From positions 1 to 57,831 of the forward strand of contig JAHBMJ010000069.1 in assembly GCA_018398765.1 (NCBI GenBank): a stretch of DNA of 57,831 nucleotides. The letters are read 5' to 3'. The position numbers were made by a program, and so were the translations under genes. Position 1 is the stretch's first letter, and each line of letters opens with the position of its first letter. The notes beneath the pieces were generated by a model. That model was given only the letters and a program-made list of their open reading frames with translations, searched no databases and had not been told where the DNA came from. Source of the DNA: Chromera velia. Its lineage: Eukaryota. Shown piece by piece: positions 22,808 through 35,349 of the stretch.

Positions 22808-23571
22808 CTGCAGAAAGAACAATCAATTTGTGCTTACAAATCTTTTTTCATATACTTCTCTTCCATGCCAACAAAATGTGACCTGTTGCCATCAATGCTC
22901 CAGGGACTGAACAGAAGCGGGGGGCAGAGTTAATTTCGTGTAGATGATTAAAGGCGCTTAAGCAATCCTGGGTTCAAATCCAAGTGAATTGATTCCGTAC
23001 CAAAGAAAAGAAAGCCAGAGAGATAACATCAGGAACAAGAATCAATTGCAAAGCCATCAATCGTTCGTTTGTGTGTCGTCAAAAAAGTCCGTCTACGTCC
23101 ACGCGGATGAAACGGGAAGGGATTGGATGCCCCCCCCGTAGGGCTCCTTCGAACGCACACATACAGTCACACACCCAAACACTGGCACAGGAAGGAAAAG
23201 ACGGAGAGAAAAAGAGGGATGAGGGAGCGACGGAGCGAGGGGAAGCTAGCAAAACGGACAGAGAGCAGACAGAATTCTCTGACAATCTCCAGGTGCGCTC
23301 TTCGTGCAGTATGACTTGAATTCGTTCTATAACTGACCGGGTGCACCTCTACGCAGGCCGCATCCTCGTCACACTCCCCGGTGTATGTGCAGGGAGAGCC
23401 GATCCAACCAGACTCCAGGTGAGATTCAAATTGTGCAACTGCAAGTTCGTGGCAGGGAGCAACAGCAAGAACAACCAAACAGAGAATCAATTATGCAGAT
23501 TGTGATCTTCCATTCTCAAATTAATTGTGTCATTTCATTTCATGTCATTTCCCGGGATCGGGATCCAAAGG

Positions 23572-24300
23572 TCAGGCAGAGAAAGATTGTTCAAGGACTT
23601 GGATGGATTGCAGGCTTTTTACACATTGGAAGCACTTCAGAAGCAATCCTGGATTCTCAAAGCCACGGATGCAGGATTGGCAATCCCATGACACCTTACT
23701 TGATCGACAGATGCTGCAATCAGGGAAGAAGCAAAACAGGCCACAAGGCACATTCGGAATTACAGCGCATGATTGGTATGTAAAGTCAATCATTTCCAGG
23801 CAATTGGTTTGTCAGAAGGTAAGATAAGCTATCTTCCAAACTCGAAGGTAGCAACTGACTGCTGCACTTTGTGGAAACTTGCAGCGGCTGATCACATCCC
23901 AGGTCCACCTCCATGCGGTCAGGCAACACGATCGATTCGATCATGTGGAGTGAATAGTGAAACCCCAACGGGTTGCCTGCGCCATCGGCAAACACCCAGA
24001 CCCCGTGCAGCCCCTCCACCTCTTCTACCACACGAAGGTAGTCCAAATTTCCCGACCGCGCGCTTTCCTTCACTGCATCTTGAACATAATCCTCGGACCC
24101 GGACTGAAAGAAGACGCTCAATGACCCACCCTCGGCTCTGTACAGCTGCCCACCCCCCTGACTACCTGCGAGATGTAGTTTCCTGTCTGCACTCTCTGGA
24201 AAGATTTTCCGGACCACCTGACATTCCTCCATCCTCTCCTCCAGCATCTCTGGCAAGAACAACACACACTGCATCACAGACTCGCTGTTGCTTCGCGTAA
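23572..24300 (-). CDS. Hypothetical protein exon(s); possible C-terminal zinc finger
   Basis: Protein-like frame in ORF 23786-24427 (MQCVLFLPEMLEERMEEC...DLGCDQPLQ) and a downstream frame with WDCQSC...N...KCFQC. Splicing not resolved. Confidence 0.4.
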
Positions 24301-25163
24301 AAAAGAATGCTATTGCATGAATTAGTGCAAGCAGAGGCTTCCATATGGACAAAGATGGTTGAAGCAGTGTGGTTGTGATCTGCCAACCCAAACGGAGCGA
24401 GCCCATACTGTCAAGCTCGGGAAACAAACTGAGAATCGATCACGTGTTGTTCGAAAACGCTGAACGGGGTGCGGTGTGTTGCTGTTGTGCGTATCAGCAA
24501 CACAGTCTTCAGTCTCGATGCAGCATTTGGAATTGCATTGCGGCTCTGTCCAGACTCCTCCAGAAGTGATTCTGTGAGTATAGATGCTGTCAGATTCAAT
24601 AGTCAGACTTCGAATCTGACAGACATCTGACAGACTTCGATCGATGATTCGTGCGAATTCATCCTTAGAACTGCATGGCAGCAGCGCACGCATGCATGCA
24701 TTCTCCCAAGTTCCTATAGCTGATCGATCCGCGCGTGCGGGCCGGCCGGACGGACGTTTCCTAAGTGCCCCCCGCTTCGCTTTCCGCGGGGCCATGTATA
24801 GAAGCTCTCTTATATAGTACACTCAGTGAGCATCACTGAGCTGTATCTGCTTGATCAATGCTCGATCATAATTGGACCATTATCTGATCGAATTGACCAT
24901 TCCACCAAAAAGCGTGAGTCGCTGCGTGTTTACTATTGTATTGTTGCTGTGCGGCGAGTTGCGTGACCGAAGCGGGACTCGCGGCGATTTATATATATAT
25001 TTGTCAGACTGTGACAGTCCGCTGACCTGCAATTGAGTCGAGCCGTCTACAGGCAGTGTGCGTCTTCTTCCTCGGTGTTCCGTCCTTGGAGAGGTTCGTT
25101 CTGTATGGCCGAATTGCTCGGTGTCGTGAGATAGACGGGCATTGTCATTTAAGGTAGGAGAAA

Positions 25164-26186
25164 ATGCGAAGTATTCAGAAGCACCGAAACTTCCCGTCTC
25201 GAATCATTCGGGAAAACCACTCAGGTAGCAACAGCGAGGTCGAAAAAGACCTTCACGGGTACAGTTGTGGCCTTGCGAGGGAGACCATGAAAGAGGCCTT
25301 CTCGGTTCCTGTGGAGGTTGTTGTGCATTCTGAAGAGAGCAAAGCAAAGATGGAGGAAATGTTTTTCACTTTCGTCATTGGTCGAGGCAGGCATTCGAAC
25401 TCCAAATTCAGCTGTGATCTCCAGAAGGCCACCGCGGATGGATTGAGAGACGCGGGGTTGGAGGAGAACAGACACGCCGATAAGCACTGTAGAGGATCTT
25501 TCAAATTGATCGACTCGAAAGACGCTGCACTCAAAGCAGTCAAAGTATACCCCCACATGAACGTCACGTTGTCCTCTGGGACGAACAGCAGCAGCACTGC
25601 CTCCGGCGACAGTGCCTCCAAAGACGCCACCGAGGATGAGATTGCGGCCATTCAGTCGATGAGTGAGAAGGCTGACAAGCTGTCTCTCCTCGGTTTGGTC
25701 CATGGAATGCAGGACCTTCACAGGATCCGTCAGGAGATCTCAGAGGATCAGAAGCAGATGTACAAATTTGACCTCAACAACGCCGCCAAGACATTCATAC
25801 AGAGAATGGGGGCCATCTTCCAGTCAGGAGAGCCCATTGGTCCGGAAGACCTCGCGGTCTGCGAGGACTATTTGGAGTATGAATCGTCTAGGGAGGACCC
25901 GAAGCCGTTCTTCGAGCAGTGGAACGAAGCTTTGCCTAAGCTGCCGAGACGGCAGGACGGCCCTCTCCTTGCCAAGCTGAGACGGGGTCTGAAGAAGGAG
26001 GCAGACGAGTTGAGCAAATTAGAGGCGCTCTCTGCGAAGAGCGCCCGGGGTGGGTACACCTTTCCCTCGGCTGCCGCGCTTGTGCAGCACGAAAAGGCTC
26101 TTGAAGCCGCCAAGGTGCGGACTGCAGATGCCAAGCAAAAACTGGCTGATGCTCTGATGTGGAAAGAGGAGACAGAGGGCACGTGA
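25164..26186 (+). CDS. Hypothetical protein, 340 aa, apparently intronless; helical/coiled-coil C-terminus
   Basis: Long ATG-initiated ORF with coding-like GC composition and no SSRs, followed by AT-rich sequence. Confidence 0.7.
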   Translation: MRSIQKHRNFPSRIIRENHSGSNSEVEKDLHGYSCGLARETMKEAFSVPVEVVVHSEESKAKMEEMFFTFVIGRGRHSNSKFSCDLQKATADGLRDAGLEENRHADKHCRGSFKLIDSKDAALKAVKVYPHMNVTLSSGTNSSSTASGDSASKDATEDEIAAIQSMSEKADKLSLLGLVHGMQDLHRIRQEISEDQKQMYKFDLNNAAKTFIQRMGAIFQSGEPIGPEDLAVCEDYLEYESSREDPKPFFEQWNEALPKLPRRQDGPLLAKLRRGLKKEADELSKLEALSAKSARGGYTFPSAAALVQHEKALEAAKVRTADAKQKLADALMWKEETEGT

Positions 26187-26718
26187 AAAATGAAAGGATA
26201 TGGAGAAGGCAGGGCGGGGAAAAGAAAAGGGGAGGGCGGTCGGAGGGCCGCGGTCACGATCTGATTGAATTTCATCTTTAAAAAAATGAAAGTACGTAAA
26301 CATTGATCCTTCTCAAATTTTTACTTTAAAAAATAAAAAAAAACGAAACCGTTTTGAAATTTTACAGTTGTTGTATATAGTTGTATATGTTTTTGAAACA
26401 ATTTTTGACGAGATTTTTGATTTGTATTTTCATATATATACTTACATACTAACTTTAATTTTATTATTACTATAAGGCCAACTTTCTACAACACTCTAAA
26501 GTTGTTATACCCTGGTGGTTCTAGCGGTAGTTAGTACTATTATGATTGTTCTAACGATTGCTACCCTAAGGGCCTAAACTATGATGTGGGCCTTTGTGCA
26601 GGAGTTTGAATGTCGGGGTCTTGGTCATTGCGGGCGGTGAGTACAGTTCAAATGCCTTGCATTGATGGACTCTGGGATATGAATCTTGACATGGATATTG
26701 TCTTGCATATATTTTCAG

Positions 26719-27030
26719 AAACAATGATTCTGGGCAACCCGGCTTGGCTCATCTCAGCAACTTGGTTCATCTCAGATACGCAATGCATTTGCGCTGCGCG
26801 GTGATCCAAGTTGCGTCGTCGCGCAGCGAATTTAACTTGGCTGCTTTCATCGTGCATGAAAAAGCTGATCGAAGTTGCGCGGCCGTGTGACTCAAGCCAA
26901 GTTTTTCAGTGATTGAAGTTAAATGATCTAAGTTAACTGCGATGCCACGCCAAAAATTTGTGAACGAAAAACGCAGATGAGCCAAGTTGCCCCAAGATGA
27001 GCCAAGCCGGGTTGCCCGGAATCATTGTCT
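26719..27030. mobile_element. MITE-like element with ~55-bp inverted arms
   Basis: ACAATGATTCTGGGCAACCCGGCTTGGCTCATCT at the left is the reverse complement of AGATGAGCCAAGCCGGGTTGCCCGGAATCATTGT at the right (one mismatch); internal TTGGCTCATCT-type subrepeats. Confidence 0.75.
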
Positions 27031-28611
27031 CTAAGAATAAACATATATAGTATCTTATAGCTGCTGTTTTGTAGCTTGAGTTTGTCATGTCTCATCAATT
27101 CATTCTGTTTACAACTTTACATATCACATTTGATTTTTTGTCAAGTACGAGGATGAATAGGATTATTCTAGATTGGATGAAATTTAATATGGAAGGAGCT
27201 ACTAGGGAAAGAGATAGAATCAGATTGAATGACTATTAAATCAAAATATCAAATTAATATTTATCCTGACAATCTTGACTTGTATAGACTATTGTACACA
27301 TTCTAAACCTTCTGGAGTTAATCAATTTAGGAGAGAGTCCTTCTGCCAAGCTTTAGGGCATTGTCACTGCCAAGCTTCTGCCGCCTTTTAGATAATCCTA
27401 TCATATCCTATTCCTATATATTAGTCCTATAATTTCAGTATATTATGACTAGCATCCAGAGTAATTTAATGAATTTGATTGAATCTAACGCTGCTATAAA
27501 AACAAAACTGCCCTGTACATGCCGTCAAACTCTAGAAGCCTAGCTAGGAATAGGCCAGTAGCGATGGCGTATGATGATGATGATGACTAATATAATGGCT
27601 AGCTCGCTAGCAAACTCATAACCTAGCTCATAACTAGGCTTATAAGTCGTGACACGCGTTTCTAAGTTTTTAAAGAAGTTTTTGCATGTGTTTTCTCTTA
27701 CGGGGAGGACTAGCTCTAGGACTGGCTTAGATTGGCTGATCCTACTATCCTAGTTTCATGAGTGACTCATGTCTAACCCTGGAAGTTTAGAAATTGACAA
27801 ACAGCGATGGCGTATCATGGTAATGATATAACTTAAAATTTAAAATAGAGAAGCTTCTGCTAAATCATATGTTTTTTTTACCTTAAAAAACACTTTAAGA
27901 TCTATATGTATTGATTGAATTTATCATTGAAAAACTTTTTAAATCTATTTTAAATTTTGTTTTAGACTTTAAAAGTTTTATTTCATAAATTCGATCTGGT
28001 ATGAAATATTTACAGATATTTACAGATCACAGCTGTCCGCACTCAAACCTTTCTTTTTTCAGAAACAAATTCACTGTTGTTGTCCTCCTAGATAGTAGTG
28101 TCTGATTGTTTTGATCTGATTGATGTCATCATGCAAAAACCTGCCTGTAAAGCCTACGGTCAAGGCAAGAGATCCCGTTTGAATGCGAAGAGAAAGGGGG
28201 AGAGGGGAATTGTTTGAATGCAAAAACGTCTCTCTTCCATCAAGTCTCGTCCCTGTATCATGTTTCCTTTCTCTTCTCTTCTCTTCTCTTCTCTTCTCTT
28301 TTCTTCTTTCCTTCCTTTCTTTCCTTTTTTTCTTCCTTCCTTTCTGTTTTTGTTTGTTTGCAATTATCATGGAGGTAAACAGGGAGTTGTGGGCAGGTCC
28401 CCTCTTTTGTATTCCCGTCTTCAAGCTTGCTTCTTTTCATCTCTTCTGTCCTATTCTCTCCCGCTCTGTTTTTTTCTTTCTTTCCGTCAATGGAAATATC
28501 TAAATTTGTGATGTTTCCGGTCTCTCCGTGCCATCACGTGGTCCGGCCCTTCACCCTCCGGGGGAATTGGCGGCTGCCAATGCTGCGTGTGAAAGCCAAA
28601 CAAAGTTGATG

Positions 28612-28995
28612 GGTGTGGTCCGTTTTGCTCCTCCTGCTGCTGGACAGTGACGGTCGGCAGGGCGGCAGGCGCGGGGTGTGGTCCGTTTTGCTCCTCCTGC
28701 TGCCGCACAGTGACGGTCGGCAGGGCGGCAGGCGCGGGATGTGGTCCGTTTTGCTCCTCCTGCTGCTGCTGCACAGTGACGGTCGGCAGGGCGGCAGGCG
28801 CGGGGTGTGGTCCGTTTTGCTCCTCCTGCTGCTGCTGCACAGTGACGGTCGGCAGGGCGGCAGGCGCGGGGTGTGGTCCGTTTTGCTCCTCCTCCTGCTG
28901 CTGCACAGTGACGGTCGGCAGGGCGGCAGGCGCGGGGTGTGGTCCGTTTTGCTCCTCCTCCTGCTGCTGCACAGTGACGGTCGGCAGGGCGGCAG
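28612..28995. repeat. 57-60-bp GC-rich minisatellite, ~6.5 copies; minus frame reads (PAPAALPTVTVQQQEEEQNGPH)n
   Basis: Visible tandem units; length variants differ by 3 nt. Confidence 0.9.
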
Positions 28996-29103
28996 CAACA
29001 GAGGGAAAGAAGTTTCGGGGAGAGAAGAAGAGCGTGGGACCTTGTTTGTATCTGGATGAGCTAGACAATCAGATGTGGTAACATCTCTGGCTCTGTCGCG
29101 CTT

Positions 29104-29134
<31 letters not shown>

Positions 29135-30391
29135 TACGCACACATTCAGGTGCTTATTTCCAGTGAGAAGAAGGCGAATCAATTCTGCAGATTCCTCTCT
29201 CAAACGCCCGCAAATGAATCAACAAGGATCGAAGGAAGACGGCTAGACAGACAGGAGAAAAGAAGAATTAAGAGAAAGCATGCATGGTTCTAGCTTTGCA
29301 TCAGATCGAAAGAATCATAACAACTAAGGCTAGCCTCAAGTGCGGTCATTCGAATCCTTTTGCGTCTCTGTCGGTCGTTTATCGAAATTATCGAATCATG
29401 TACAACAGAGGTAGGGCGTAATTTTCATACTGCATTTTCTCTCTTTCAGATCCATCTCCGTTTACTTCCTGCCTGCCTGACTGACTGACTTACTGACCTT
29501 TGTGGGTTCTTGTTGCAGTCCCAGGATGCTCTCTGCCTCCGCGGCTCCCTCCTCTTCTAAGTCGGGGAAAAGGAGAGACTCAACGGAATGCCACAACCGG
29601 AAAGGGAGAGAGGACACCAGAAGACGGAATTCGACACGAGGGGGCAACCACGAGGAGGAAGAGGAGGAGGAGGTCGCAGCCCCACGGTCGAACGGAATTT
29701 CACTGCGGACAGACATTGTCAAGGGGGCAGGAAAGAAAGTGACAATGTCATTTCTGTAGGTTTTTGACAGAGATTTTCAGATAGCGAGGTTACAAATGGG
29801 TGGAGGCACAAAAGCATCTGCCAGTGGCCAGGGAATCGATCAAACAAAAAATGAACACTCCGGCCTTGTTGCACCCAATCACCCGATCGAGGGGGTTAAA
29901 CTTTCAAAAGAAAGCAGAAAGGAACGAGAGAGAAAACAGCCTTGCCAAGTCACGGAGAGCCGGCCATCGAAGGTAGCGGGAAAAAAGGAGCGGGAGTTCA
30001 GAAGTCACGCCAAAAGTCCCTCTCACAGACTGAGCATACTGATTTCATATGATCCTCTAACTAACTGACTGACTAACGAAGCTGACTAATTAACTAACTG
30101 ACTGAGATGGGTCGACGACGTACAGAACAGAAGCATGTGAAGGTTCCTCAGGAAAGGAAAGGAAAGGAAAGGAAAGGAACGGAAAGGAAAGGAAAGGAAA
30201 GGCAAGGCAGTGCATATTAATACAGGGCAACAGCGTCTGCGAGCTGTCTCGCGTCTCTGAACAGCCCAACGGAATCTCTTTCCCCCTGAGACTCTTGAAC
30301 AAGCACACCCTTGCAGGCATCAACCTGACCCTAGCTCCAACGGGGGGAGGGCCGGGAGAGACATTCTTGATGCCGCTGTCGTATTCAGCCT

Positions 30392-30510
30392 CCATCGAGA
30401 CGGCTTGTGACAGATCTGCCGCTCCTCCTGCCCCCATCGAGACGGCTTGTGACAGATCTGCCGCTCCTCCTGCCCCATTCGAGACGGCTTGTGACAGATC
30501 TGCCGCTCCT
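30392..30510. repeat. 42-bp tandem repeat x3 (minus frame GAADLSQAVSMGAG)
   Basis: CCATCGAGACGGCTTGTGACAGATCTGCCGCTCCT repeated three times. Confidence 0.9.
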
Positions 30511-32485
30511 GCTGCTGCTCTCAACCTCTCCTCCTTCCACTCTGTAGCTGCAAGAGCATTCATTGTGGCTGAGGAGGAAGAAGAAGACAAAGAAGAGGAC
30601 CCCGGCCGCCCCCTTCCACTTCCAGCTGAGGAGATGGGACGACCTCTGCGAGAGGGGCCACATTCATATCTTCGCCTTCATCCCCACTGCCGGAGGAACC
30701 TCCACCTCCAGCTGCTAGGATGGCGGATGCGCACAGCGCGATTGCACCGAAGTCTCCTTGAAGAAACCAATTTACCCACAATCTCACACCCGCCCTCGTT
30801 GCAGGCTGAGAGCTCAACCCCCCCATCTCTGTGTGCATCGCGTTGAGAGCAGACAGCGAAGGACACTGAAGTACCTCATCCACCGACAGCCCCCCATCAT
30901 CCGTATCCTCTCCTAGAGGAGAATCAGGAGGAGGGTTGACCCAACCGAGGACAAGCCTGGCCAGGTGCATGTGGATCACCTCCACCCTCAAAATGTCGCT
31001 TCGAGAAGAGACGACAAAACCGCATGATGAAGCGTCGGAGAAGGCTCCCGGCGACCGCCTCCCATCAACCTCTCTTTCTGATCCTCCCCCATGACCATTT
31101 CATCCCCTCCTTCGCCTTCCCCCTGGTCCCCTTCAATACCCTCATGCTGGTCCCCTTCGGGAGACGGGGGGTTGGGACCCGCCTGCTGTCCGACTGCTGG
31201 TAGGAGACGGGAACTATTTGCAGCTTCTCTTCCTTCAGGCTCGTCCCCTGGATCGTATGTATGTGTGTACCGCCAAGACCCCTCTCCTCTCCGTGCGATC
31301 GATCTATGACTGCAAGCAAGGAGGCAAGCAAGATAGGTATATAGGCAGACTCCAAATTCTTCTTTTTCTTGCTCCTTTCTTTTTTAGTTTCTCTTTCACA
31401 TATGAAACAACGAAAGAAAACACAAAACAAGACAAAAAAAACATTCTAGCAGACAGAGAAAGAAGGGAAAAGTATGATGTCACCAAACCAATACAGAGAA
31501 AAGGGGACGTTTGGGGGAGTTTCTGGAGTGGAGTTGCCGAATCTGGCGCCGGCAGGACGGTCTCTTTCTCTTTTCACTCGGTTACATACATACAGTTCAC
31601 AGAGATAGACGGACGTTGGCAAGCAAGACCAAAGAGAGGAGGAAAAGGCATCAAGTGGAGGAAAACAGTACAGAAAAAGAAAGAAAAGTGAAGCAGGGCT
31701 TTTTTTGTCTTTTCGCCAGAGAGACTCAACAGAATACTGTATGGACACTTCGAACAACAACTGTCCCTTTTGTGCTCTTTGCTTGTTTGACCCAATGATA
31801 CCCAATGCATCAGCTGATTAGACTAACCCCCCGCATCCCTTCCCTTTCTGCATCCATTTCCCCCTCCCCTCCCCTCCCCTGCCAGACAGACGGACAGACC
31901 GAGAAGGTTTTCCTTCAGTTCGCTCTCTTCCTTGCTCGCCATGAGGAGATCAAAAAATTTGGGGGGAACGTTCCTTGACCTCCAATTCTCCCTCCAAGTC
32001 CTCAGGGCGTGCCACAAACGAGTCGAAGGGATCCCTTTGAGTCCCCTGAAGTCATCACGGTCGTCCCACAGACTCCACACAGCAGCTAGGAGCTCATGCA
32101 GAAACCAAAGCTGAACATGGCACTGCAGCGCCCTTCCTGGCAGGTTGGCAGAGAAATGGATCACACTCGAGGCCAGTGGATGTTCTTTCCTCGTCACAAC
32201 GGCTGCAGCAGCAGCCGCACCCTCAGTTCCCGACCTGCATGCAGCCAGCCAGGAGAGGAGGAGAAAGCATGCAGGAGAAAGGGGTGCAACAGAGAAAGTT
32301 GCAGGAGCGCCCACCCTTTCTGCCTGTGGAGCCTAACAGTGGAGGGGGGAGCTAGAGCAATTGAACTGGTCGCTAGAGTCAGCGGGGGCTGTGGGGAGTT
32401 GGTGCGCTGAAGGGGAGGAAGAGAGGGAGGGAAGGAAGAAAGGAGGGAGGGATGGAAGAAAGGAGAGAAGGAGGGAGGGTGGGGT

Positions 32486-32550
32486 NNNNNNNNNNNNNNN
32501 NNNNNNNNNNNNNNNNNNNNNNNNNNNNNNNNNNNNNNNNNNNNNNNNNN
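32486..32550. other. Assembly gap (N run)
   Basis: Ns flanked by G-rich sequence. Other gaps at 38342-38475 and 43131-43378. Confidence 0.99.
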
Positions 32551-33243
32551 GTGGGAGGGTGGGAGGGGAACGACTTGGCTACAGGAATTTCATGTGAAGC
32601 TCCGAAGACGAAGACGCCCAAGTGGCAGGATTCGAGGGGAGACGAGTCTGGAGTCCCTTTCAGTTTCAGCGGAGGAGACGGTTCTACAGAAAGATGGACA
32701 AAGGCGCTCAATTGAAAGAGGAAGAAGAGAAGAGGAGAGATCAAGAAAGAACTGCGCCCAATTGCATGCGAAAGCTTAGTCTTCAACTTTGTGCGGTCAT
32801 GCAGTCGACGGGACCGGGAAAGATACAAAGGGAGTGTAAACACCGCTTCTCAGGCCTGACTGAACAGCCACGCAAAGGGAAGTCGCGTCGTGTGTATCAC
32901 AGATTCGTTTCATGTGTACCTCCACTCGCCCAAGAACAGTACTAGTCTTGTACAGAGGTGACGAGAACGCAACTGCCAAGAAGAGGTTTTACCGCACGAA
33001 CAAAAAATCACCTGCCGTTTGGCTTCTTGTTAAAGTTTGACTTGTGACGCAAGCTGGCCGCTAGTCTGGCCGACTTTTGTTCCTTGGTTTTTGCATCAGA
33101 TTCTCTGGTGCCCCCGTTTGCCTGCACAGGATAAAAATATTAAAAAAAGAAGTGGAGTTCACGCAGGGAAGGGCTGCAAATACAGACTTCGATCGTGCAT
33201 GCAAACAAGAGCGAAAGACTGACCGAATAAATGAAGGAATGAG

Positions 33244-33321
<78 letters not shown>

Positions 33322-34490
33322 TCTGTCTGTCTGTCTGTCTGTGGGGTGGGGTGGGGGGGGCGGGAGAGAGAGAGAGAGAGAGAGAGGCAGAGAGAAACAA
33401 AGAAGAAAAGAAGGACAGACAAAAAGGAAGCAGGAAGGAAGCAGGAAGGAAGGAAGGAAGGAACAAAGAAACGTAATGAAGCGCGAGGAAAAGGTTAAAT
33501 GAGGCACTTCAGACAAGCAAGCAAGCAAGCAGGCAGAGGCAGGCAGAAGCAGCAGGTAGGCAGGCAGGCAGGCAGGCAGGCAGGTAGGCAGGCAGGCAGG
33601 CAGACATTCAGACACGCGGGCTTACTTTTCTTTTCTTTGCGAGCTCTGTCTCCATGATTGCCGCCGTGGTCCACCCTTTGCACGATCCGTCAGGGAAGGC
33701 TCCTGCTCTGCTGCTCACAGCTGCTGAAGGTGAGCGCTCAGTGACAGAGAAGGACCCCTGAACAGGTTTCATCTCCGTCACCTGGGGCAGAAAGTTTGCA
33801 AGGATCGTCCATGATGGTCTTTGGTGGAGGTACTTGCTCGGTGGGAAAGGTCTGATGAAGTGCGAACCGGATACATATATGAGTTTTGTTGACTTATGAC
33901 ACTCTACAGCTGATCGCAATTGTTATAGATGATCCCCATGTGCACTGAGTTGAGGTCAACCGGGGTTGAATGAAAATCATGCATATAAAAACCGTCAATT
34001 TAACTGATGAATCGATCATGCATGCAGTATATATATAGATGGTTCATTTTTTATTTTTTAATTCTTTTTATAATCAATTGTGAATTTAAAAAATCGCAAA
34101 CAAGGTTGCGCGGATTGCGCGCTGAGGCGTGCTGTCAGGATATCCGAAATTTGGCATATAAACGGGATACACCCAACTAGTCCCCTTCACGTTTTTATCT
34201 GGCGAGGGTCGCTCAGCCTGCCCGGCTAAGGCCTCGGGGTCTTTGCATATACATGCATGGTTCAGTCTAACGACCTCGATTAGGCTGTTCGTTGGGTATT
34301 ACTTACAATGACCTTCCCTAGACTAAGTTTAATTTATCAACGCCTATTTTAATCTTTGTCTTCCACCAAACCGATAACCTCCTCATACCCTGCCCCTGCT
34401 CCGATCTAGTTAGAAGGCGTTAGGTGGTTTGCGGGGCTTAGGCATTTTAAAGCATTTCTTACATGTATGGATGAGTGGCAAAGGCCTACG

Positions 34491-34800
34491 GGGGCCACGG
34501 CAATGCGCACGAAATATGTTTGTCAGGACCGCATTAGACCGTATGTAAGTCATGACTTCCGGCCCAGGAGTTCCGGAAAGACATATATAATTACATAACT
34601 CCATGCAAATAACTTGAAGGACACTTTTTCACATTTTTTTTATCACGTCGCGCATAAAAAAATAAAATAATTTTGCGTGACATCGATCGATCAATCCTCG
34701 CCCGGGCCCTAAAAAATAAAAAAATGCGTTATGTGAATACGCGCGATCTTAGGGCCTCTCGGCTGATCTCAGCAAAGCTGAGTTGCCCCCCCAAGCAACC
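34491..34800 (+). mobile_element. Dispersed repeat, copy B (same family as 1311-1610)
   Basis: Direct sequence similarity to copy A; differences are largely transitions. Confidence 0.65.
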
Positions 34801-35349
34801 TAGGAGGCAACTTAGTATGGCACTGATGCCTACGTCGATGTATACACTGGTGTGGCGGTCCCAAAGTTCAGTGGTGCGTGTCAATCCGTTGTCTGTTCGT
34901 TTATGCCGTGTGGGCCCGGCCGTATTTAGTGGGCCATGTATGTACGCGTCATCGTGCATAGCCAATACATACTGATACGTAGCGGTTCTGTTCTTTGTCA
35001 GTCTCTTAGATTGTTGAGTCAATCGATGAAATAATAGCAAGGCAGACTACGACGAACAGTTTAGCTACACGTGTGTACGTTTATATATAATGAACCTCTG
35101 CACAATAAAGGTCTTTCTGATCAAAAGGGTGGCCTTTTTATCCTAAACCATCTTAAAACCTAAACCCTATATCAAAAAAGCTGGCAAAAAAGAAATCACA
35201 AAGCAGAGGAGGGTCTTTCAGACCAGCTTTGAGAAGGGAAGCTCGGTGCTGGGGTGCTGTGTCAAGCAAATTTTAGTAAAGTATCGGAAAGGATTCAAAG
35301 GACGGGGCTGGAACTACTAGTAGTAGTATGAAGTAGTAGCTTAACATGG

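Larger units (their letters stand above)
28487..33800 (-). pseudogene. Multi-exon hypothetical gene, frameshifted or mis-assembled
   Basis: Exon-like blocks ~33790-33625, ~32230-31900, ~31250-30210, ~29720-29499 and possibly the minisatellite block, with SSR-bearing introns. The 31250-30210 block needs frame changes near 30990 and 30600. Confidence 0.4.

Noticed and set aside
23167..23490. Signal-peptide-like start MILCLVVLAVA
   Set aside because: It begins at TTG directly after an in-frame stop and looks like a pyrimidine-rich intron end before a CAG acceptor.
24822..24840. Hairpin CTCAGTGA-GCA-TCACTGAG as a Helitron 3' end or terminator
   Set aside because: No convincing CTRR terminus at the expected distance and no other support. 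The same applies to the hairpin at ~15322-15340.
28612..28995. CRISPR-like array
   Set aside because: Units are contiguous tandem copies without unique spacers, there are no cas genes, and the context is eukaryotic.
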